DNA of 15,636 nucleotides, taken from NCBI GenBank assembly GCA_048940445.1, contig JBHLON010000055.1, positions 1-15,636 on the forward strand, in the 5' to 3' direction. This document shows positions 8,228 through 15,636 of this stretch, piece by piece; positions within the stretch are counted from its first letter, which is position 1; every line of letters starts with the position of its first letter. Source of the DNA: Promethearchaeota archaeon (GTDB lineage Archaea; Asgardarchaeota; Lokiarchaeia; Sigyniarchaeales; SOKP01). The position numbers and the translations under genes are program-made. The notes under the pieces are model-generated. The model saw only the letters and a list, made by a program, of their open reading frames with translations. It had not been told where the DNA came from and ran no database searches.

Positions 8228-11200
8228 TTAGGATTGTCGTTTAAATTCATATTCTATTAATTTAACGTCTTTAGCCTTGATTTTTGCTTGGCAGTAAGGA
8301 CACTTTACTTCAGGTTGTTTTTTGAATCGAGATACTACATTATCTTTTAATGAAGCTGAACATTCTTTATTTGGGCATATGTGCAACTGACCAAACACTT
8401 TTCCCTTTTCTTTCTGCAAACTTTCATTGATTATACTGATATTACTCGCACTTACTTTCTCTGAAATCAAATCTTTATTCTTGTTGAGATAATCATTTAG
8501 ATAGTTTGCCTTGACACCAAATCGTAATTCAATATTTTCTCCTACATTATATTTATTTCTTTTTCGCGAATACTGAATGTTCCTAATTAAGTCATTTACT
8601 ACACGCTCAGCAAGTAGCTCATCATCTAAACTTATGTCCAAATATATATTGCAAAACTTTGTTTCCATTTTGAGGAACTGCTCAGTATCTTTAACTGATT
8701 TTGAAACTACTAAGTCTCTTACATTTCCAATTTGTTTTACGATTTCTGGAAACTCAATCTCAGGCATTCCCTCCTTAGGTTCGATCACTAGTCTTTTATT
8801 TGGCCATCTTAACCGAATGTTATTTTCATCCTTTAATGCTCTTATATTTTCTATTAAGTCTCTTGTGAAAGTCATCTGGTTTTCCAAATCTGTATCAATC
8901 AATTTTTCATTAAACTGCGGCCAATCCTGTAGATGCACGCTCTCTGTTTCAGGTAATCCCATTGACTTTAAATGACTTTTAAACATTTTTAAGAATATTT
9001 CTTCCGCAATCATTGGATTAACCGGTGCTAATAATATTAAATAGTTATATAACACGTGATATAAGACTGCCATTATCTGTAATTTATTTGGATCATCAGA
9101 ATAAACATCTAGCTTTTCCCGATTTAACATTATATACCATCTGCTTATGTCATTAACCGCCAGATCCTTCAATTCACCCGTAATCCATGGAAGTTGGTAT
9201 TCATCTGAAAGTTGGGTTATTTTCTTTATTGTAGAATTTAATCTTGAAAGTATCCATTTATCAAATTTGCTTATTTTTTTTATATCGAATTTAACCTTCG
9301 AGGGATTAAATTTAGCTAAATTAAATTTTTCGTGAGCATATACATAAATATTCCATATTGTATTAAGAATCTTGTAAGTGTCAGTATATTCTTTAAGGTT
9401 AAAGTTGAAATCCCGGCCTGGTTGTGTCACTCCTATGCAATAAAATCTAAGTGTCTCTGCTCCTTTAATATTTGATAAGGATTTATTTCTCTGTAGTTCA
9501 GGCACATCACCAGTAATAAGATCCTCAGGACTTACTACAGTTCCTTTTGATTTACTCATTTTAGCTCTTTCTAGAAGAACAAATCCGTGCATAAAACAGG
9601 AATCATAATTCTTTCTCCCTGAGGATATCATTGCACTACTAAGTAAGCTATTAAACCATCCTCTAATTTGATCTTTGCCTTCTATTATAAAATCTACTGG
9701 TGTCCAAGTATCATAATGACTCTTACCGTCATAAACCTCTTGAGCTGCCCATACAACTGAGCCAGAATCTAACCATACGTCCGAAATATCTGGAATTCTC
9801 TTTTTAGTACCCTTATTACACTTCTTACATTTCCACGTAACTTTATCTATCCATGGTCTATGTAAATCCTCGGGGCATTCTCCTGCTACTTCTTTTAATT
9901 CCTTACTTGATCCTATTACTGTGATATCTCCACAATCCTTATTATCACAGACCCATATACTTAAAGGGATTCCCCAAAAACGTTGCCGTGAGATACACCA
10001 ATCTCTTAAAGAAGTTAACCAACTTTTAAACCATCTTTCTCCTGCCCAATCTGGAATCCAATATATATCTTCATTCTCTTTAAGCAATTCAGGAACTAAA
10101 TTCTCTGTTTTAAAAAACCATTGATTCGTTGCTCGATATACCAGTTTTGAACCACACCTCCAACAATGAGCGTATTCATGTTCTATTTCATTAGTCAAAA
10201 TGAGTGTTCCTTTTTTCTTTAAAAGATCCAAGATAACTTTATTTGCATCAAAAACATTTATTCCCGCAAATTGACCCGCTTCCTTTTTATAAATACCTCT
10301 AATATTCACCGGGTTGAAAACGGGAATACCATTTTCTACTCCAACTTCAAAATCTTCTGGTCCATGTCCTGGCGCTGAATGAACTAAACCAACCCCTTCT
10401 GCTGCTGAAACATACTTTTCAGAAAGTATTATAGAATGAACTTTTTCACTTTTCTTCGCAAGTTCCTTCTGATAAGGCACTTCATCTAATAACGGATGTA
10501 TGTATTTCTTACCCTCCAATTCTTCTCCTAATATATCTTCTACAATTTTATACTTATAACCTAATTCACCCGAAATTAAATAAGTTACGGATGCCTTTGA
10601 TAAGATCCAATATTCTTTTAGATCCTCGATATAAACCTTAGCATACTCTATGATTGGATTTGCCATTATTGCTGAATTCGCTACTAAAGTCCATGGAGTC
10701 GTAGTCCAAATTATAAAATACGTATCATCCATATCTGCTGATTTGATTTTCAAGAATAAACTTGTATCTTTTATGTTTTTATATTCATGCTCATGTTTAG
10801 CTAAAGCAGTAGCACATCGTGGACAACAGTTTATAGGTCGATAAAATTGATACAATAAATCCTTTTCCCATGCTTTCTTTAATGTCCACCAAATGCCCTC
10901 AAGATAACTATTTTTATATGTGACATACGGATTTTCCCAATCCCAAAAATAGCATCCTAATCGCTTGAATTGGTCATTCATAATAGCTAGATTTTTTAAA
11001 GCAAACTCCTTACAACTTCTAATAAATTTATCTGCTCCATAGTCTATAATCTCTTGTTTATTTTTTATTCCTAATTCCTTCTCCATCTGAACTTCTATTG
11101 GTAATCCATGAGTATCATAGCCAGGAGTATCAGTGACCCTAAATCCACGCAGTCTTTTATAACGTATCATGTAATCTTTTAGAATTTTATTCCATGCAGT

Positions 11201-11377
11201 ACCAAGATGTATTGAACCCGTGGTGTATGGAGGTCCATCTATAAACCTCCAGACCTGTTTATCAGCTTCTTTCTTCCTTATAAGAGAATAGATATCTTCC
11301 TTTTCCCAAAATTCGAATATCTTCTCCTCTAATTTTTGAAGATTTAACCTCTTATCTAATGCTTCCATGCAAATCAT
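8228..11377 (-). CDS. ileS: Isoleucine--tRNA ligase (archaeal/eukaryote-type, IleRS2)
   Basis: DGPPY, HIGH-like HLGT, GYDTHGLPIE, editing-domain WTTTPWTL and GLVHSAPGHGPEDF, DWCISRQRFWG, EGKDQIRGWF, KMSKS. The start may be ATG 11368. Confidence 0.97.
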   Translation of the reverse strand: MICMEALDKRLNLQKLEEKIFEFWEKEDIYSLIRKKEADKQVWRFIDGPPYTTGSIHLGTAWNKILKDYMIRYKRLRGFRVTDTPGYDTHGLPIEVQMEKELGIKNKQEIIDYGADKFIRSCKEFALKNLAIMNDQFKRLGCYFWDWENPYVTYKNSYLEGIWWTLKKAWEKDLLYQFYRPINCCPRCATALAKHEHEYKNIKDTSLFLKIKSADMDDTYFIIWTTTPWTLVANSAIMANPIIEYAKVYIEDLKEYWILSKASVTYLISGELGYKYKIVEDILGEELEGKKYIHPLLDEVPYQKELAKKSEKVHSIILSEKYVSAAEGVGLVHSAPGHGPEDFEVGVENGIPVFNPVNIRGIYKKEAGQFAGINVFDANKVILDLLKKKGTLILTNEIEHEYAHCWRCGSKLVYRATNQWFFKTENLVPELLKENEDIYWIPDWAGERWFKSWLTSLRDWCISRQRFWGIPLSIWVCDNKDCGDITVIGSSKELKEVAGECPEDLHRPWIDKVTWKCKKCNKGTKKRIPDISDVWLDSGSVVWAAQEVYDGKSHYDTWTPVDFIIEGKDQIRGWFNSLLSSAMISSGRKNYDSCFMHGFVLLERAKMSKSKGTVVSPEDLITGDVPELQRNKSLSNIKGAETLRFYCIGVTQPGRDFNFNLKEYTDTYKILNTIWNIYVYAHEKFNLAKFNPSKVKFDIKKISKFDKWILSRLNSTIKKITQLSDEYQLPWITGELKDLAVNDISRWYIMLNREKLDVYSDDPNKLQIMAVLYHVLYNYLILLAPVNPMIAEEIFLKMFKSHLKSMGLPETESVHLQDWPQFNEKLIDTDLENQMTFTRDLIENIRALKDENNIRLRWPNKRLVIEPKEGMPEIEFPEIVKQIGNVRDLVVSKSVKDTEQFLKMETKFCNIYLDISLDDELLAERVVNDLIRNIQYSRKRNKYNVGENIELRFGVKANYLNDYLNKNKDLISEKVSASNISIINESLQKEKGKVFGQLHICPNKECSASLKDNVVSRFKKQPEVKCPYCQAKIKAKDVKLIEYEFKRQS

Positions 11378-11511
11378 CTAATTAAAAACGTAATTGGGTT
11401 ATTAAAGTAAGAAAAGTAAAAAAATTTTACCAATTCTTCTCAGTAGTGTTAATTTTGATCAAATATTTTAGCGAAAATATTAAAATTTTTAAAAAATAAG
11501 TTCACTATTTA

Positions 11512-13182
11512 CTACGGTATTAAATCTGGAGGAGGAACTTTAAGACAGAAACCACATTTGCCAAATGACTTTATGGTTTGCTCCCAGCAGTGCTTGTGGT
11601 AGGATCGATCGCAATAAGGACAGTCTACATGACACGTTTCTCCATCTGATCCCGCAATTTTTAAGCTACATGTGGCACATTCTATCTTATGACAAATCAC
11701 ACATGAAACAACTGAAACTTCAAATATCTTCTTGGAAATCGAATTAAATAAATCTACTAAATAACTAAATGGCGTCCAATCATCAAAAAAATCTTTAAAC
11801 GAATTCTGTAAGTCATTCTTAATCTTTTCATGCGCATCTAAATCAAATTCATTTAATACTTTTATTGTAGGCACTTTCATGGGATAATCTATTGGTAAAT
11901 CAATCTGAAATTGAAACGTTAAATCTTGCGTCTTCATTTTTCCCTTCATGTCAACCTTTAATGAGTTCGTCGATGGATCATATGTAATATCTTTATAGTG
12001 CTCCTTTAGTAGTTCGATTTCAAAATTTACTCTTGAATTTTTGTCAACTAACCATGCTATTTCTCTTATTAATCCAACTGATTCAGATTCATTCTCAACC
12101 CAATTTTCATATGCGCTCAGCTTGCTTATCGGTATCTTTATTAAGTCTTGTAGATTGCCAGATAGGTTTATTACAGGGGGTTTAGGATATGCACTTAAAT
12201 CAAAATCAAGAAGATACTCATTAAATCCATACGTCACCAAATGAACCGTCAATTTTGTAATATCATTTGCATCCACATCACAATGATATTCCCCTGAAAT
12301 CTTTTTTAACTCTAATTCAATATCCTTCACAAGATGTAACTTTGCCTCTAATTCTCGCAGAATCTCTACCACATGTGGCGGATTATCTACACTCCAATCC
12401 CTCAATATGCTCAAAAAATGATAAGGATCACCTAAAAGTGCTCGAATCTCATCTGGAACCGTTATTAACGGCCTCTCAGGGTACTTCTGGAAATTTAATT
12501 CAATCAGAAACGTTTTCGCCAGAGTAACCGTAAGATATAGGATAATATCTCCAACAAATGGACCTTTCTGATCATATGCATACTCATGCTGAATTAACCC
12601 CAATTCCGTATTTACTTCTAAATTGGTCTCAGTTTCTTCAACTATAATTTCTGGTTGAGATGGAATTTGAATTTCTGAATCTGCTTTTGGGAAATGATCT
12701 TGGGTGGGTTCTTCTGGAGTGATATATTGCTCATATTCAAAATCAGGAGGATATGCATTAAGATCAGGTGTAATATACTCTTCTTGCTCTTTAATGTCAG
12801 ACTCAATTGTTTCTGCTTTTTGAGACTTCTGTACGCTAACTTGAGGTTCTGCTTTTACTTCTTTATCTACTTGCTCAATGCTCAACGCGTTTTCGATCTT
12901 CGATTTAAGCTCTTTAAGAACATTTGTGACTTTTGAACCAGGAGTCCATACATTAAGCGTATGAAGTTCAAAACTTCCAAGCAAATTCTTTATCTCCTTA
13001 TAATAAATTAACTCTGGTGGGCTCTCTGGAAATTGGTCATCGAACTTTATCTCTAATTCATATTTTTTATCGGGCGTCTCGAGAACATAGCCAAACAAAT
13101 GTGAAATATCCCCAGAAACCATCCAAAATCTAAAATCTGATGCTATACTCTGAGCCTCTTGAAGAACTCTCTGCTTATTCAT
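11512..13182 (-). CDS. Tandem UEV/RWD (UBC-fold) x4 plus C-terminal C4HC3 RING protein; putative E3 ubiquitin ligase
   Basis: Four ~95-105 aa units, each with an N-terminal helix, a (Y/F)P-x2-3-P turn (FPESPP 51-56, YPERP 234-238, YPKPP 332-336, YPMKVP 433-438) and a later Trp before a C-terminal helix (W79, W263, W361, W469). The C-terminus reads CVIC...CPYC-x4-H-x2-CW-x9-CGFC. Confidence 0.75.
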   Translation of the reverse strand: MNKQRVLQEAQSIASDFRFWMVSGDISHLFGYVLETPDKKYELEIKFDDQFPESPPELIYYKEIKNLLGSFELHTLNVWTPGSKVTNVLKELKSKIENALSIEQVDKEVKAEPQVSVQKSQKAETIESDIKEQEEYITPDLNAYPPDFEYEQYITPEEPTQDHFPKADSEIQIPSQPEIIVEETETNLEVNTELGLIQHEYAYDQKGPFVGDIILYLTVTLAKTFLIELNFQKYPERPLITVPDEIRALLGDPYHFLSILRDWSVDNPPHVVEILRELEAKLHLVKDIELELKKISGEYHCDVDANDITKLTVHLVTYGFNEYLLDFDLSAYPKPPVINLSGNLQDLIKIPISKLSAYENWVENESESVGLIREIAWLVDKNSRVNFEIELLKEHYKDITYDPSTNSLKVDMKGKMKTQDLTFQFQIDLPIDYPMKVPTIKVLNEFDLDAHEKIKNDLQNSFKDFFDDWTPFSYLVDLFNSISKKIFEVSVVSCVICHKIECATCSLKIAGSDGETCHVDCPYCDRSYHKHCWEQTIKSFGKCGFCLKVPPPDLIP

Positions 13183-13224
13183 ATTGCCTACTTAAATAAT
13201 ATGTATTTTAATTCTATATCCTCT

Positions 13225-13271
13225 AATCTAAATTTAATCTTAAAAATCTTTATAAATAGCGTGATATAAAA
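13225..13271. repeat. 47-bp direct repeat, copy 1 (contains TTTATAAA at 13249-13256)
   Basis: aatctaaatttaatcttaaaaatctttataaatagcgtgatataaaa matches 15070-15116 at 44/47 positions, with a 29-bp perfect core at 13230-13258. Confidence 0.9.
13249..13258. promoter_or_regulatory. Candidate archaeal TATA box (TTTATAAATA) with an A-rich BRE-like flank
   Basis: Matches the archaeal TATA consensus and is intergenic, about 67 bp upstream of the UEV-RING start. The core is palindromic, so its direction is ambiguous. The AT-rich background lowers specificity. Confidence 0.4.
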
Positions 13272-13354
13272 ATTGAGTTTGATCTTTGATTTTGATAGAG
13301 ACTTATGAAAATCGTAAACGATTTAATACTTGAAAATTTTAATGATTTAATCTA

Positions 13355-14713
13355 TTAGGGTTTTTCAGGACCTTCCCCTACTTTACGATAGATAAATCCT
13401 TTCTCTTCTACTAAATTTTTATTAAAGATATTTCTTCCATCAATGATAATGGGAGTTCTCACCTTCTTTTTTAAATTATCAAGATCTATTCCATAATATT
13501 CTTCGTGATTCGTAACAAACATAAGAACATCTGTACCAGAAATAGCCTCATTAAAATCATCAGTTAATTTCGTCTTATCGTAGTCTCGTTCTTTCACATA
13601 GGGATCATGAGCAATATAAGTAATATTATGGGAATGATACCTATTCTTTAGTACTTTAATTATATTTTCAGCAGGTGAATTTCTTGTATCATCAGTATTT
13701 GCTTTATATGAAACACCCAAAATAGCGATCTTAATATTATCTACTAATTTCCTTGATTCTCTAAAAACATCTTCCATTAATTCAACCATATGTCTTGGCA
13801 TGTAATCATTCATTTCTCTCGCTTTTAATAAAATATCTGAATTAAATTTATGTTCTGTATAAGTTCGGTGACCATAATCAAGTAAATAAGGATCCTTTGT
13901 TAAACAATGGCCTCCAACACCAGAACCCGGATAATGCATCATTCTGTCTTGTCGATGATTGATTAATTTGATGATTTCAAATATGTTCCTATTAAAATCC
14001 TCACATAAGAGAGCCATTTCATTGGAAAAAGCTATATTTACATCTCTGTATGCATTTTCTATACATTTTATTAATTCTGCTGTAAGCGTATCAGTTACAT
14101 TCAATTCTTTTCTAATGATCTTTCCATAGAGAAATTTAGCTTTCTCATTAGCTTCAGCACATCCACTCCCAATAACTCTTTCCATATTCCTTGTATATTC
14201 TAATAATTTTCCTGGCATAGCGCGTTCAAATGAGAAAATTAAATAAAAATCTACCCCTCTTTTTAACCCACTTTCTTCTTCTAATATTTTTGCAACAATC
14301 TTATCTGTTGTACCAGGCGCAACGGTAGATTCGATGATTACTGTTGCCCCCCTCTTTAAACGTGAGCCAATTAATCTCGAAACTTCTTTCAATGATTCAT
14401 ATCTTGGCTTTTTAGAATCTAAATCGACAGGAGTCTGTACATCAATCAAGATATAATCTGCTTTATCAACCACATCATATTTATCTGTGATTCTAAATTT
14501 TCCGTCTTTAACTACCTTTGCTATTAGCTCATCTAAACCGGGTTCTTCACCTTGAAAGGGATTCTTACCACTATTAAGCCAGTCGATTTTCCAACCTGAA
14601 CGCTGTGATCGACGTTGTATTCCTGTAACATGGAAATCTTCCACATCTGCAAGTAAAGCAGCTATGGGAATTCCAACATACCCCATACCTATAACAACAA
14701 TATTAATAGGCAT
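13355..14713 (-). CDS. UDP-N-acetylhexosamine (UDP-ManNAc/GlcNAc) 6-dehydrogenase, WecC/WbpA family
   Basis: Rossmann IGMGYVG, IIESTVAPGTT, ELIKCIENAYRDVNIAFSNE, catalytic GVGGHCL, GVSYKANTDDTRNSP, IIDGRN. ATG 14713 preferred; alternative TTG 14722. Confidence 0.92.
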   Translation of the reverse strand: MPINIVVIGMGYVGIPIAALLADVEDFHVTGIQRRSQRSGWKIDWLNSGKNPFQGEEPGLDELIAKVVKDGKFRITDKYDVVDKADYILIDVQTPVDLDSKKPRYESLKEVSRLIGSRLKRGATVIIESTVAPGTTDKIVAKILEEESGLKRGVDFYLIFSFERAMPGKLLEYTRNMERVIGSGCAEANEKAKFLYGKIIRKELNVTDTLTAELIKCIENAYRDVNIAFSNEMALLCEDFNRNIFEIIKLINHRQDRMMHYPGSGVGGHCLTKDPYLLDYGHRTYTEHKFNSDILLKAREMNDYMPRHMVELMEDVFRESRKLVDNIKIAILGVSYKANTDDTRNSPAENIIKVLKNRYHSHNITYIAHDPYVKERDYDKTKLTDDFNEAISGTDVLMFVTNHEEYYGIDLDNLKKKVRTPIIIDGRNIFNKNLVEEKGFIYRKVGEGPEKP

Positions 14714-14912
14714 TTTTCTCAATATTTTTAACTTTTATATTTAGAATTTTTAAAATCTATTAAGATTCTTCATTTATTTTTTTAATTTTTAATTTCTGAT
14801 CTATTTTTGATATTACGAACTTCTATGTAAAATAAAAATGAAATGTAATAGTTTAAGATAAAATATATTAAATCCTTTTAGGAAATAAATTCTTTTTGAA
14901 TTTATTAGAGAA

Positions 14913-15038
14913 ATCGAATAAATTAATAAAGAGATTAGATTAACCAATTTAGAATAGTTAAAAGGAACTGCTGCAATTATTCATTTAACAACTTTATCTA
15001 ATGATCCACTCGGGAAATTAAATCCTGAATTAACCAAT
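14913..15038 (+). pseudogene. Decayed internal fragment of an NAD-dependent epimerase/dehydratase (extended SDR)
   Basis: Hand translation: IE*INKEIRLTNLE*LKGTAAIIHLTTLSNDPLGKLNPELTN. This resembles the family segment I.KDIR......L.G.DAVIHLAALSNDPLG.LNPELT. It has in-frame stops at 14919 and 14955, no start codon and no GxxGxxG. Confidence 0.75.
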
Positions 15039-15069
15039 ACCTTTTTAGCAGCTTTAAAAGTAAGCTCCA

Positions 15070-15116
15070 AATCAAAATTTAATCTTAAAAATCTTTATAA
15101 ATACCGTGAAATAAAA
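15070..15116. repeat. 47-bp direct repeat, copy 2 (contains TTTATAAA at 15094-15101)
   Basis: aatcaaaatttaatcttaaaaatctttataaataccgtgaaataaaa; same orientation as copy 1, offset 1845 bp. Confidence 0.9.
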
Positions 15117-15241
15117 TTCTATTTGGATGTTCACTTTAATATTATAAATTCAAAATCTTAAATAGAAGAGATACTAAATCCCGCTCAAGAGAAAATAAAT
15201 AATAACTTATTATAATAATAGTATATTACCACGATATAAGA

Positions 15242-15636
15242 ATGACTATAAGTCCTAACGATTTTAAAGACAAAAATATCATTGTAACTGGCTGTGCGGG
15301 TTTTATAGGAAGCCACTTAACTGAAGATTTAGTTAATAATGGGGCAAATGTAATCGGTATTGATAATCTTTATAATGGTTCAATGGATAATCTTAAAAAT
15401 GTTATGAATCAGAAAAATTTCAAGTTCCATCAAGCTGATATTAGAGACAAACAATTTATACGCGAAATTACTAAAAATGTCGATACTATATTCCATGAGG
15501 CCGCATTCATTGATGTCCAGCTTTCTAAAGAAATGATTGAATTATGCAATGATGTAAACGTCAATGGTACACTAAATATTTTGAATGCTGCCCGTATTAA
15601 TGATGTTGAAAGAATGATACTTGCGTCTAGCGCTGC
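15242..15636 (+). CDS. NAD-dependent epimerase/dehydratase (GalE/WbpP-like), 5' part; runs off the right edge
   Basis: Not in the ORF track; translated by hand: MTISPNDFKDKNIIVTGCAGFIGSHLTEDLV...IGIDNLYNG...ADIRD...IFHEAAF...VNVNGTLNILNAA...MILASSA. Confidence 0.93.
   Translation, partial: MTISPNDFKDKNIIVTGCAGFIGSHLTEDLVNNGANVIGIDNLYNGSMDNLKNVMNQKNFKFHQADIRDKQFIREITKNVDTIFHEAAFIDVQLSKEMIELCNDVNVNGTLNILNAARINDVERMILASSA

Noticed and set aside
11416-11481. Small inverted repeats upstream of ileS (gtaaaa/ttttac; aatatttt/aaaatatt) as a T-box, riboswitch or terminator
   Set aside because: The stems are short and almost entirely A/T, as expected by chance here, and there is no T-box consensus.
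17-12936. Short ORFs in the track (17-217, 3076-3267, 3442-3696, 5686-6048, 8577-8975, 9147-9335, 9921-10124, 10650-10844, 11565-11747, 12041-12244, 12267-12527, 12694-12936)
   Set aside because: They are antisense or out-of-frame shadows of well-supported genes and contain no recognisable motifs.
11512-13182. Active E2 ubiquitin-conjugating enzyme
   Set aside because: No unit has an HPN motif or a catalytic Cys between the YPxxP turn and the conserved Trp.
13225-15116. CRISPR array or IS element
   Set aside because: Only two repeat copies, 1.8 kb apart, with no spacers, cas genes, transposase or terminal inverted repeats.

Overview
AT-rich archaeal chromosomal segment. It is probably from an Asgard archaeon (Lokiarchaeia-like); this is inferred from the archaeal-type IleRS, archaeal TATA elements and a eukaryote-like ubiquitin-system protein. 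Nearly all genes are on the minus strand. (1) A tightly packed operon links heptose synthesis (hddA-type GHMP kinase, gmhA, gmhB, and an HldE/RfaE-kinase-like protein that has lost its catalytic motifs) to the non-oxidative pentose phosphate enzymes that make its precursor (transaldolase, split transketolase, rpe). It is followed by an AlkP-superfamily protein and a GT4 glycosyltransferase. (2) ileS. (3) A 556-aa protein with four tandem, catalytically dead UBC-fold (UEV/RWD) domains and a C-terminal C4HC3 RING with extra Zn ligands. This FANCL/Listerin-like E3 ligase architecture is the most interesting object in the window. (4) A nucleotide-sugar dehydrogenase and a decayed epimerase remnant, bracketed by a 47-bp direct repeat containing a TATA box, followed by an intact NAD-dependent epimerase that runs off the right edge. 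All family assignments come from motif recognition by eye; no searches were run.
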